Shown: in pieces, positions 13,248 through 26,743 of the stretch
Layout of the letters: each line of letters starts with the position of its first letter
Numbering within the stretch: position 1 is the first letter of the stretch
Made by a program: the position numbers and the translations under genes
Notes under the pieces: generated by a model
Told to the model about the DNA's origin: nothing
Databases searched by the model: none
Seen by the model: only the letters and a program-made list of their open reading frames with translations
Origin: Takakia lepidozioides
Lineage: Eukaryota > Plantae > Bryophyta
Length of the DNA stretch: 64,000 nt
Direction of reading: 5' to 3'
NCBI GenBank assembly: GCA_030704615.1
Contig: CM060734.1
Location: 41,354,001-41,418,000, forward strand

Positions 13248-14868
13248 CTTGACAGAAGACTAAGGTAACTTACAACTTGCCATGGAATTTTTTGGGACGG
13301 TTTTACAGGTACCAACAGAGGATTCTAAGCCCCTATATCTGCAGTATGCAAAGTTGGAAGAGGAGTATGGACTGGCTCGTCATGCCATGGCTGTCTACGA
13401 CCGTGCTACTAAGGCTGTGGCTGACCATGAGAAAATGAGCATCTATGAGATTTATATTGCCCGCGCTGCTGAATTTCTTGGAGTTCCCAAAACACGTGAT
13501 ATCTATGAGGTTAGTTTGCGTGCCCTTAGGTAATGCATTTGTGGCTCTCTGCATTTTTGTGGAGCATTTGTCATTGACAGTCTCTGTCTCTGTTTGCGGG
13601 GCCTGCGATTAAAATTTCCTCTCTGATTGAAGTGGCACTTGTCAATTAGACCTTCATGTGGCACCTAGGCAAGTCTATCAATCAATATTCGGGAGATTCC
13701 CTTTTCTCAGCTTGTATATCTCCCTCCGTCAATTGAGCCCCACTGTAGTCCATCTTCCTTTTTATTTTCCCTCCTGAGTAGACCAAGGTGTGATACAAGA
13801 GCTGAATTGTCATTTTGTTGGACACAAACAGGGTTGAGTTGACTCCAGCCCTATCATTCATTCTCCTTCATGTCTCATTAGTGTCAGTCTTCAACATCTT
13901 ACTGTTGTCAGTGGGCCTGCTTTGAGCAGCATGCAATCAATGCCGGGCTCCCGGACAAGGATGTGAAAACCATGTGCATCAAATATGCTGAGCTTGAACG
14001 CAATCTGGGGGAGATTGACCGCGCTCGCGCAATCTATGTTCATGCATCGCAAATGGCTGATCCACGCTCAGATGCCGAGTTTTGGAGCAAGTGGAATGAC
14101 TTTGAAGTGCAGCATGGAAATGAGGACACCTTCCGGGAGATGCTTCGCATCAAGCGCAGTGTCTCTGCAAGCTACAGTCAGGTACATATCAATCGTCTTC
14201 TATACATTTCCCTTCTGTTGCAGTTCTGAGCTGTCCACTCTGGATAGGTCTTCTTTTGTGTTTTGTCTATTTCATGCATGACTTTTAATGCATAGGGCAG
14301 TTTCTCACCCCCGATCTTCTGGGTCCTAAGGGTTGATCGTGCTTGGATGTGAGCTGACTTTCAAAGGTTGACATGAGTTTCATGTGTCTGTGACCAGATG
14401 CATTTCATACTTCCGGAGTACTTGATGCAAAGGGAGGCTGGGAAGGTTTCACTAGAAGAAGCTGTGGATACACTCAAGCGCGCAGGCGTACCTGAAGATG
14501 AAATGGCTGCACTTGAACGACAAATGGCTCCAGCACCTCTGAAGGAGGGCATGAGATCACTGGGCTTTGTAAGTGGGGGTGTCGAGGCACAAAGAGAAGC
14601 TGGGCAGGCAGTTGGAAACCCCATGACGAGACCAACCACGAATCCTGATGAGATTGAGATAGGGGAGGAGAGTGAAGGAGAGGAGGAAGAAGGGGAGGGA
14701 GCAGGGGTGGAAGTGGCACAAAAATCAGTGCCTGATGCTGTTTATGGGGACTTAGCCGGCAAGGCCCGGGAGCTAGAACAGGCGGACGGGAGGGGGGTGC
14801 AGAGAGAGCGCGAAAATGAGGAGCATTTGGGTGCCAAAGAGAGATTCAAAAGGCAAAAACAGCAATGA
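10470..14868 (+). CDS. SYF1: Pre-mRNA splicing factor SYF1/XAB2 (HAT repeats)
   Basis: [83 protein letters not shown]; multiple GT-AG exons. Confidence 0.97.
12950..13178 (-). mobile_element. LINE 3'-end copy plus a second ultra-short tail with (CATTT)n, in a SYF1 intron
   Basis: Near-identical to 4868-5070. It is followed by GAAATGAAATGAAATGGTACTTCATAAC and (GA)n at 13216-13243. Confidence 0.75.
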
Positions 14869-15186
14869 TTTTTCACTTTTTATCCTCTTATAATTTTGTT
14901 GGGCAACAGGTCTTTTAACAATTGTGCATGTGGTGATGTCTGTTGTCAATGGCATTGATTAGATTAGAAGGCAGTACTGCTTAACTGAACACATTTGGAA
15001 ATACATTCACATGGTAAATTCTATCCTCTCATATGTAACCTCTTAATCATCTCCCTGCTTGCACGTAGCATGTTGACCTGTTCCAGTGCTGAGAAGTCTC
15101 CACCATAAAATTATATAGTACCCGTACATCAGAAAGCTGTGGGAGTGCCAAAACCTTCTGTTGAATGTATTATTATAGGTATAATT

Positions 15187-18100
15187 TCAGACAGCAGGAA
15201 GAATGCAATGATAGTGCTGTTTAGAATGTGTCTCAAGAGCAAGCTGAAGTGCAGTCTCTGCTCCAACACCCTGTCTGAACAAGGCATCGTACAAGACCCC
15301 AATAAATGCAGCGACCTCCTTTTCATCACTTTGCTGCCTCTCCAGTCGACCGTCCTGTTTCTCAAAGTCACTATCCTCCCAGTCACTACCAGGACTGCCT
15401 GGGCCCTCATCATCATCCTCATCATCAGTTATCACAAATCGGCTTGTGTCATTAGTATCATCGCCGTCGATACCAAACAACATCATGTCCCCACTCGTAC
15501 GCCGTGGTTCCGTAGGCTCTACAGTGGATGCGATCACGGCTTTCGCTCCTGCATCCAGAAAGGCCTTCACCAAAGCACTGGAGGGCCCACATTGCCCAGT
15601 ACATAACACAAGGCGCTCTCGCCATGCACCTACCTGTGCAAACATGGATAGAGATATGAGCAATGTGCCGGTCTCAAATTCAACCAAGAGCAACGATATT
15701 TCTTTGACAAGAACAAACTGAAACAATCTTGGTACAAGAGCAGACGGCACGAATCCTGCTGAACTAATTTGCGAAATGTGGGCAGTAAGCCATTAACCAA
15801 GACCCAGCATGGATAGGCAGTAAGATGGGATACATGGCACATACCATCCAGCGTACATCATCTGGAGTAAGGTGAACGGAGGGAAGTGTCCTCCGGAACA
15901 TATACGCACCCACCTCCTGGCCATCTGTTAAAATCTGCCATGCACCTTTCCTTCAATCAGTCCAATTGTGCTGCAGGGCCAAGAAATTGATGTCCAGCCC
16001 GTACTCACCCTTTATAGGGTGAAAAGAGGGAAAGGTCATGTGGAACCCACAGCTGCCAAGCACCTTACTGTGAATCAGTCCACATTATTGCGGGGTATAG
16101 AAGTAATCTACTGTACCTCTTGCTAGTTTCTAGAGAAAGGAAAATGAAGGAAAACCTGGGTATGCCGACCCATGAACCGATACAGAGTTCCTCCCAGCAC
16201 AAACCGTGGAAACTCTGTCACCAAATTGGCCAAGGTGGTCAGTTGTGGTAGGCGGCAGGGCCTCTTCCCTACTGCATTCATGCGCATGCTGGCCAACACA
16301 CTCTGCAGAAACTCCTCTGCCATCAACCCCGGCTCTGCAACCGCCATTATGTCGCTACGCCAGCTGCTCGTACCCACATTCCTCAGATGAACAGCGGACC
16401 TTGTTTTACGGAAAACTTGTCGGTAGTGCTAAAAACCATCCCTGTTCTCGTCTACCTAAACTGTCTGAAAGCCTCTTTATATGAACAAAAGGAGTCTGGT
16501 TAGCTGTGGTATCGTGACCATTTTGTGCTGGAAACGAGGAAAAATGGTAGGTTGGCAACTGAAAACTTGTACTACGATGAATTTCAGATCTTGAACTCCA
16601 ACCACTCCTTACTGCAGTTTTAGCTAAATTTAGTGAAAGTCACTACTACGGTGACTGATGAGAAGAACTAACCTGAGTACAAGGCCTGCAACGTCACTAT
16701 GTAGGGCTAAATGGACAACACCCACTTGTGGAGATGCCTGCAATTTTTCCTGTAGTGCCAGAATAGGTGGTGCCAGCTGCCGAGGGCCCATTGTTGGGGA
16801 CCATGGGGGAGATTGAGGCCCCTTTGCAGACACCTGGCTATGTCCACCATCCAGGCTGAGGGGTGGCAATGTCTCCATGCGGGCCTGCTGCTGTGACCCA
16901 GGCTCTGGGCTATATAGCACTGGGCTAGGTGGAATGCTGGAGCCAAATGATGGTGAAGCAAATGGTGAGGTGGTCGCTGATGGTGCAGCAACCATCTGAG
17001 GAACAGTCCCACTGCTAAACAGTTCCAGTTTGACACCATGGCGGCCGCAAAAAGCTTCCAAAAAGCGGGTATGACGCCAGGGTTTAATAAGTTCCGGACT
17101 GCGGCATGCCTCTACTAGCAGCACTCGTCGCCTCCATCCGAGTCCAGCCACGGTCTCCTCTGATCCTGCTATGCCATTTTCTATAAATGATGAGGATCCT
17201 CAGACACACGCAGCTAACACTTGCAGGACTCATAGAGAGATTGAATGGCCTGTCCATAATAGAATTCACAGATTGAATGGTTAAGAACATGGCTTATCAG
17301 TAGGCTAGCATGACCTCAGAGGCTTTTTGATTTATGGTTAAACTCATAACACACATGGACCCCTATGTAGATTAGCCTCACATCATACCTTTGCCAAATG
17401 GCCTGCCTTTGGCAGACATACCCCGTGCACCACGATTTCTATCAAACCAGAGGTCTTCCTCCTGCTGCAGTGGCACAAGAGTTTCACAAGCAGCTTCGAA
17501 TGCTGCACTGTTGGCATCCACATACTCTTGTGTGGCAGCCTCCAGCCGAACCCACACAGCTGGATCTGTCTCATCCAGCTCCATTCCACACCTCTCGTCA
17601 ACTGCATCCATGAGAGCCCACTCGGTCATCAAGTTTCATCCACTGTTGCAACATGATGAAGTGCAATCTGTCAACTAGCAGATCAAAACAAACCAATCTT
17701 GAGGGAATCAGATGTAAGCATACTGGGGTTGAAGCGAAAATACTGGACACCCGGAAGCATGGGCAGGAGAGTGTCAAGAGCTTCTTCTGTGCGCTCCACA
17801 GAACAAGCACTCTCAATTAACACTTGCCCTGTGTCCAAATACCGCCATCCTCCTTTGCCCCGTGCCTGTCCACATCAACATCCACCCCAAGATCATTACT
17901 CTTACTTGCACCCTATGGGAAGTAGCCAGTCCTATCACTCACAAGCTAAGCAGAGAGAGAAGATGCCGGCCAGAGCCGGCGTAACTAAGAGGCACTTGGC
18001 CGTGCAGCTACTGCCCCCTTTCAGAGGTGGGCCCTATCATAACACAGACGCCATGGCACCTGCAACTGTGTTGCTTAGGTTTGAGATTGTTCTAATTTTT

Positions 18101-21100
18101 GTTTGTTAGAAATGAGGGCTGTAAGGGACCTGATGGCAGCAAGATGGATGTCTTTAAAGCACTTATAAATGGCATTGGCGGGGGCAATGATGTTGTTAGC
18201 ATTAATGCTAGCATTGTGGATGGCACCTCTTGTACCTGATGTCATGATAGTTAGGGGACCAGTGCACCGCCCCTGTCGCCGAATGGTGAGGATGAGGGGG
18301 CCGTAAATTTCGCGTTTAGTCAAGATACCATTGTTTGGGTATCGGTTATTGCAGTATGTGAATTCTATAAGGTGGATGATAAGATTGTCTGGGGGGCAGC
18401 TACAACCTAAGCACAGTGAGTAGTGCACGGAAAGATCAGATATACCTTGGTGGGTACATTCCCACAACCTATGGAGACAAGGCACCCAATTTGTGAGTCC
18501 GGCCACAGGAGTTGCGCCTCACGAATAGCAATGATGGTGGGATTATTTGCTACAATAGCCCCATCCTGCCACCGATTTGTGTCTGCCACACACACATTTA
18601 CGCACAATCATGTCCACAAGCAAGAATAGTGGCAATAAAACCTGATCACACAGCCACCTCACAATAGAGAGTGATTGGAAACAAGTGAAAAATTTAAAAT
18701 GGAGAAGGAATGCATACCACAGGAGAAGTCATCAAGATAGTAGGGAGCAGCAGATGAGGCACGGATGGCTTCCCAGGTGCGGTGCTTGCAGCTGCCTATG
18801 AAGGCACTCCTGCGTGGGCCCACCTGTGTTGTCAGGGGGGTTGCTGTTGCTGGAGTTCCTGAAATAGCTGCCGCCGGTCCATCTGTGGTCCAGGACACTG
18901 TCTCAGGTGTTCCAGGCGGATACTGCCCAACCAATCAAGACCCACAATTTTTCTTCTCATTCTTCCTGGTACAAAAACCATGTGCTCCCAAACATTCCTA
19001 CTCGACTGCTGCTAAGTTTGATTCCAAAAAACCCTTGCAAAATTTGTTGGTAACAGGGGTTTATAGTATTTGAACTCATAGTAACAACAAGTCTGTGAAG
19101 GAGCATGACATAACTTTCCTTTTGCATACATAGTGTGATTGAGCTTCCAAATTTTGTCTTGTGAAACATGACGACACAGGAAGTATTAACTCCCAACACA
19201 GAAATGCTTCAAGATCACATAAACAACCCACATATCCTTGTTCTTCAATTATGAAGCATAAAGTACTGCAACTTATGACCATGCACAGATCACAACTGAT
19301 TGGGGTGGCATCATCAATAATAAATAATGGCAGCTCATAAGCTTACTTCCTTAGACAATCATCCTATACCTGATAATTTCGAAAAACAAAAGGCTGTGCA
19401 GGAGTCACGCTGACGAGTGTGGAAACAACGAAGACTTTGGGAGCTCCCTTCACTGCAGATTCAATCAAAAGATCACCCTCCTCATCTGTGCACAGCTCCT
19501 TTAACAGCCGCTCAAACTCGTCTGCATTATGCTATTCACATACCCCACCCTCCATGTGCCCTCATCAGTCTTCACTCCCAAGGTTAGTAAGTGCTGGTAC
19601 ATGCCCTTCCTCCTCTGCTTGTGCTTCTTGTAGCCTTAATACCACAGCACCCACTCAGAATGAGCAGAGTAATGAGGATTTTGGGTTAACAATATCATCC
19701 AAGGTGCTACATCAATTGGACACTCACCCTAATGATTGTCGCCACCAGGCTTACGAAGTTTCTTGTCACTTTAAAGCTGGCAAGCCCCTCAGAAAATGAG
19801 AAAGCTTTGTTGATTTCTTCCTGCTAGTCTTGGCTGTCACTCAAAGATCCTGTCCTTTTGCAGCAATGTCTTATAAGAGCAATTTCATACTCTCCAACTC
19901 TCCACAATGGGATAGTGTCTCTAGGATTCTAGAGTAAGGTGTCTCACATTCAGCTCTCATTTTCAAAGTCAACTTGATGGCTCAAAACCTTCCAGAACAA
20001 CGTGCAATTATCACGAGACAGGTGTACACCTTAGCGTGCGTTCTCACAACAAAGCGCACTTTCTCAGCCTATACTAAACTAGACAAACCTGCGGTGCAAG
20101 TCATGGGCCTTGTGGGTTGTAGGAGTGTAATGTTCACCCACTCACCTCCCTGATATAGGGAGGGGAGGCTTACCTTGGAGCCATGAACCACAACTCGAAA
20201 ATTCTGAGAGGAACTCTTGTAAAGCTGGTCAATCTTCTCTCGCCATGTGGCTGCTTCATTATCTTTTGGAGTGGGCTCCGCAAAGACAACCTTTCCTGCA
20301 ATCCACCAAATAGTTCAGTGCTATATCTGCAGTCTCCAAAGCATAATAGGCACAAGGGAAAAAGTACACAAGGCTCATTACCTAAGGTCTTGTAGGTCTC
20401 TTCACACTGATCAAGTCCCAGGTGATTGATACCCAAGGCAACAGCAAGCATGCCACCAGTGGAGGTGCCACAGATAAGATCAAACATTTCATGGACACGG
20501 TGCCCAGTGCCCTGTTCAATCCTCCGCAGCATTTGCACAGTTGCCAATCCCCTCATGCCGCCTCCATCCATCGATAGAATTCGCAAACCTTGCTTGGCCA
20601 CAGGTCTGCCCCTTATTGCACGCCGCAAATACTCATTCTCACCTGCAAGCTAAGAAACAGGGATTTGGTAAAAATTCACTGACATTCTATGTCCTTCTTT
20701 AAACTTAACCCATTATTTAACACAAGGAATGTAAGCATGTGTACCAAGAATGGCTAGAGCCCGTGCTGCCGCTTTACAGACGCATTCATTGGTCCCAGAA
20801 GATAGCCGTAGCAGGAGATCCCGCAAGCTCTCAGATGCAACTAATGTCCGCCGATTTTCCCAGCAGAATGCAAGATTTCCCACAACCAAAAGCGCATGCC
20901 GTTGCACCTGCTCATCCAAATCCAACCTTGCATTAGTATCTACGCATGCTCTTTTTTCAGATGCAGTGGGACAAAGCACTCAGTGGGTCATTCAGGAGGA
21001 CGACTGGAAAAGGGAAGAGTTGCCATTATGGTCGTTTGCAGCCTCATTCTCCAGTCATTAGCGGGTCCCGTAACCCAACAGTGCTTGTCAAAGAACCCCT

Positions 21101-24100
21101 GGACCATCTGATTGATTCCAACTGTCCCCATATTAATGCTGCTCACTGTCATCCAGAAAATGGCCCTATTGAAATAATGTGGTACGCATTCTCTTTGGAC
21201 TCCTCTTCATCTCTAAGGACTATCACAGAAATGACTGGCTTTCAAATTTCGTACATTTTTAGCATCTGCTACTGCCCTATTCTCTTTGAAGTCCCTTCAT
21301 TCCTAAGGGATGGCTCTTGAGACCAAATTATACCACTGGTTATAACCAACCTCAGAACTCTTGTGAGCACATAGCAGCTTTAGGCGCTTGAGGATTTCCT
21401 TTGTGAGCACGCGGGCAGCCACAGCATCGGAGGTAAAGGCAAGGTTGAATAGCACCTGCAGCACTGAGATAAGGAGCTCCTCAGCACTGCTGGCATTGCG
21501 CAGCACCATCTCAATTGATTGCACCAAATCTGCACGCATCAAACGCAGCCCCACTGCTCCATCCACTGCCAGTGATGCCAATGCCACGCAGGCTTGCTCC
21601 ACCTGTGAGAAGTAGCAATAGAGTGAACAAGGCCACAAGGACTTGCAGAACATTGGACAAGGATGCATGTAAGATTAGATACTCAACCAACCTTCCACAC
21701 TGCATACAGCTAAAAAAGTATGGCAAAACCAAAGAGAGTATAACCTACTACATATAACGCATGGCCATTACACTACTTGACACCATTGAGCTTTACTCTT
21801 GCTGACCACAAATCCAAATTTGGACATGTAGTGAAGCTTCCAGATATAGGGAGGAATACTCTTGCCACAGCCCCAGGAGGGAGAGGGAGATGAAATGAAA
21901 GACATTGTTGGGTCAGTAGTACGACCACCCAGTGCCATATCCATGGATGACTTTGAAGACGTGTACAAATTGGTAGGAACTAACACAGTTGCATGTGGCC
22001 CGCCCTCTACCTGAATGGACTAGCTACTTCCTCAATTCTGTTGATATGATTGGGACAGAGTCAAAGTACAAACCACATGACGGTTGTCACTTAGCATCAT
22101 GCTGAGAAGTTGGCGGAGTGCACTCTCATCCTTGCCAATGGCTGCCCGATTGCTGTCATCTTGAGCCATCTTAGCCAAAGCAGATGCGAGCAGCGGATGT
22201 TGGCAGGAGGAAAACCGAAATATAAGCGCAAAAAATGCACTAAGCTTGTGTTTGGATGGCACGAAATAGGATGCACTCTCAGCCTGCAGCCAAACATTTG
22301 TATTGAAGAACACAAGACAAACCAGTAGTCCTTGTTTCATTAATTGCCTCTTTTCTTCACACATTGTTCCTGACAAGCAATGGCCTCGTTATAGAGTTGC
22401 CAAACTGACTATGACATAGGCCTGGATCGTCAACCATACAATCCACGTGACACAGCAGCTGAGAGGACACATGACCAGATGGAAGGTGAAACAGACACAG
22501 CTGGTCCCAAAACCTATCTATCCACCTGCTTGTTTCAAAGGCCTTTCAACGCATTTCTTAATTGCGTGTATTTTGGCCTTGTCAAGGGGGTACTTCAGGG
22601 CAGCACATATGACCCATTCTTGAATACCACTTGCAAAACCTGAAACTCTGCTGCATGAGTGTTGGACATAGAACACCATTATATCTACCAGAAACTGACA
22701 CTTGGTGCTGGACGTATTCAAGGCAGTCTGTTGATGCTACATTACCGACACCTTGTCAGTGGCCCTTCCTAGTCTTTTCTGACAGCTAGTAGATCAAACA
22801 GGGCATGTTCTCTCTTTCTGTATGCTTTCTCTTGTCCATAAGCTCTTTGAGCTTTCCACCGACTTTATTAAAGTAGCATTTCATTTTCATTTCTTGAGAT
22901 TCCCATGGACGTTATAAAGTTCCTGTCCTTCCTTTCCTACTCTTCTGACAAGTCTGCCACAACTCAAAGCAAGGTCATGGACTGTGCTTTAGACGTCCAA
23001 TTGGTCCTTTAAGAGAAGCTGACCAAGACGGAGAGTGGCTGGACTTGAGATCGCATCTACCATATCCGCATGCTTCTAACACCACCATAATGCTGTAATT
23101 CGGGCTCCCTATGCAAGCCACACCATTGAGGTAAAATGCCAGTGACAAACTTGCTGAGCAGAGTACCCATAGAATGCAATAAGTACATGAGTGATTTACC
23201 TCAATGTTAACGTTGACAGTGGAGAGAGCTTGGTCACTTTCAATACGAACATTAGCCAATGAGAGATGGCGCAGATTGGTGCATGGTAAGATCTCTGGTA
23301 GGAATTCCAAAGGATTGCCAAACAGCCGCAAGACTCGTAGTTCTGCCATTGCCCTGACCACCATTCATGCCCACTTTAAATAGTTGATCAACTTTCTGCC
23401 AATGCATGCTGCCCTGGGAAGTGACTTTGAATGAACTTGGTCTAAGCAAGGACTGTCTGGTCTCCACTTGCAAAGCTGATAGGCAGACAAGGTCTCACAA
23501 ATGAATCACGACATGGCAAGCACCTGAAGTCCAGAAAAGGCCGCACCAGCTTGTTATGCTCCAGCGACAGCTCCTCCAGTTCAATGCACTCTCGGAGTTC
23601 AGCTGCACAATTCAACCATAGATGTATCCCCAACATCACTTCCAAGGTGGGATATGGAGGCGAGGAAAAGCTAGTGACCAATTGAGACCATAATTCAATG
23701 TCGAATACCCAACAAAGTAAGAATTTAACCACAAATATCACTGGATGTAGATCCACAAATCTCCTGCTTTGGATGGTGAGTACAGACCAGGTACAGATAC
23801 AAGACAGTTGTGGTCAACTTGGAGAACCCGCAAGTGGGTAAGCTGGCCCAATTCTGGCAGCAGCAGCGCAATCTTGTTATTGTCCAGATACAGCTTCTCC
23901 AGCATGGGTAGCCGCATCAAGTCAACTGGCACTGCCTGCAGTCCGCAACATCACACACTCTTGTCAGAACAGAGGCTTGCATCAAAAAACATGAGTGTCT
24001 GTTTGTGGTGTTGCAATGACACCCATGGATCAGCCCAATCATTCCCCATGATTTACAGGTGAATTGGCCCACAAATCATCAGAAGGAGCACCATGAACCA

Positions 24101-24930
24101 ACCAAATAGATGAACATCATTCATAGACAGATAGCCAAAACCCCTCCCCCTGTTGTGCAATCCATTCAAAACTAAATACAAGCATCCATTGTCCAACTAG
24201 ACAATCCTGTCTCTTGTACATGGTTTCCAAGCATCGATACATCCAAAAAAGTCTCCAAAGAGGAGTAAATGGAATGTACTAAAAGAGACTGTTGTTCTGT
24301 GGATATCTGTGCCTTTATTGCAGGAAAGCAAATGGAGATAGAAAAATTGGAGCGACTTACAGTGAGGGAACAATTTGAGAGATTCAGCACAGAGAGAGAG
24401 CGCCAATGTTGAGTATAACCCAGCAGCTCTGTTGTGACACTGGTGTTGGCCACCTTTTCAACAGAACCTGGGTCTAGCACTCGGGTTAGAACGCCCAATC
24501 CATCCCCTGATGGGCCGGATCCGGGGGTTCTTGATAAGGAGACCACTTTCAGTTGCTCCCTGCGCTTCTGCACTGCCATACTCAAGTGCACCCCCTCCTC
24601 ACTTTCCAATGGAGCACCATTGGAAGACTCACTTCCTTCCCGGGCTGCTGTGGATTGGAGAAGAACCTGAACTACATCATGGGGCACGGGCAGGGTGACC
24701 ATAAGCAGTGACTGCAGCTTGAGGGCCACCTGGTCTTCATCATCCCCCGCTTGCCAATCAATCTGGACGCGAAATTTGCAGGAAGCTACCAATTCTTCAA
24801 CCGCATCCTGCTTCAGTGGCTGCCCATTTTTCAGAAGCTCGAGACTGGGAGAAGGCTCTTGCTCCCCATAGCCCAGGGTCAGATGGAACACGTCCACCTG
24901 CCTCTTCCAGCCTCCCAATGCCCACGACAT
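15187..24930 (-). CDS. PLA1: Phospholipase A I (LRR + ARM + patatin domain)
   Basis: Starts MSWALGGWKR; LRR exons (LEKLYLDNNKI, LRVLRLFGNPLEFLPEIL); ARM exons; patatin motifs DGGGMRG, GTSTG, RASSAAPYY and WQDGAIVANNP; acidic C-terminal region. Many GT-AG introns. Confidence 0.93.
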
Positions 24931-26743
24931 TGCTAAGTATCCTCTTCACCAGATCACGTGCTGATCTTGGTGATGAAAACCCCTCTACCTCCTGACTTGT
25001 GGGGCATCCTCCTCATTTCGGCCCAATTGCCTGCCCCTCGATAGCCTACCATTTGGTCCTGGGGGCACCTCCACCAGTGGCGATCCCAGTCGGATATCAT
25101 ATGATCTGATCTGCGGAACACGCCAGTCCGTAGAACACCCAATTGCCCTCGAAGAAGCCCTCCAACAAACCAAAATTCACGCCACTACGCGTCCCAGGTC
25201 TCTCACTTGCAAACACAATGCGGGAAGCCGTAAAGATCCACTGCTCAATCCAGAAGTGCTCTCAAACCTTCCTAATTACTGAATCCAGACAGCCCAGATT
25301 TGATCAGATGCTCTCTGGCTCTCTTCATGAAATTCAACACCAACAGTTCGCGTCTTTCTTCCTGTACCACATTGTACCACCCCCCTGCTGCTGGACCCAT
25401 CAAGAAACTTCGGGTGCAGGCGCCCATCAAACTTCCCGGCACTGAGGAGAGAGAGGCTGGTAGCAGGAGTAGATTCCAGACTGAGGTGCACAGTGGTGGT
25501 TGAACACACGGAGTTATGCTACGAGAACGTCTATCGCAGAGAGACTTAATACTACACAGAGATCTCGGTTTCCAAAAACAGGAAACAAATCTAATGCACC
25601 TCCAATCATACCATCAAGCAAATCACACCATAACCTCCATCACCATACCTCCTGCCAACCAATCCATGGCCGGCAACCCAGAGAATCTCTTATGTATTTA
25701 AAAGCTAGCCTATTCACAATGCCACATACTAATCTACCTATTCATAACCAAGAGTATCTACCATGTCTGCCATATTTCCCAAACTCACATGGTTGACCCC
25801 ATCTCAATCTGGGGCCTTTTTTCGAGGTGGATGACAGAAAATTTGTGATTCTTTGCCACCGCTCTCCCCTGTTTGAGATTATTAGGCGCTGCATGAACAT
25901 GATATGAAGTAAGGTGCATGCATCTAGGTACTCTTCTTCTAGCTTGTTGTGCAGGTATCAAAGTAGTCCACCTGCTACCAACACTGATCTGGCTTTGGGG
26001 TCAATAATTCCGCAAGACAGCAGCTCTGATGGAATTGCCTCACACTTCCTTATCAGTTGAGCCAGTCAACCGTGTCCTGTTATCCATTCCTGAATGGGGG
26101 ACCTCTCTGCAACATGCAAACTGCCCTCAAGGTCTTCACTTCAAAAGACCAAGATTCCAAAACTTTTGGGAAGCAGTTTGCAAAACATGACTTCACAGAA
26201 GCCTTTGTGACATCTTATAACTTTGACTACCATCTCAAAGGATTTTTCGTTGCAAACAAGGGGTAGGCAGTTTATGCACTGAAAAGCTCTTGAAAAACCA
26301 ACTCTGTCAAGCCATAGCTGGACAAGTCCAGTTGATTGCCAGCTTATGGTACTGATCATGATTTGAAGGGGCTTCCCCTTCCAGTTATCCAGAAATTCAA
26401 TTGGGTGGTCACATTTACTCAAATCTTTTATTCGCGCTGATTGCTGGTCCATGGTGCTGATCATTCACCACCTGGCTTGCCATGTATCTTGCCATCATCC
26501 TCTAGGTTGATGGACGATGGCAAGAACTCCTCTGCCATAAGGTCTTCATCGACTTCATGGCGACTATAGAATGATCCCAATTTCGTAATGCTCTTCGGCA
26601 TGGGATGCCCACCAAGTGAATTGCTGGCTATTGCATTTAACGACATACATTGTTTCTTCCGACTGTACTGTTTGTTTACCAAGACATTCATAATTTATCA
26701 CCATTCCTCACTCATGTGAAGCCACTTCTGTTATGCTGCTTGT

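Noticed and set aside
26141-26691. Two abutting minus-strand ORFs downstream of the PPR stop
   Set aside because: No recognisable motif; likely 3' UTR or intergenic chance ORFs.
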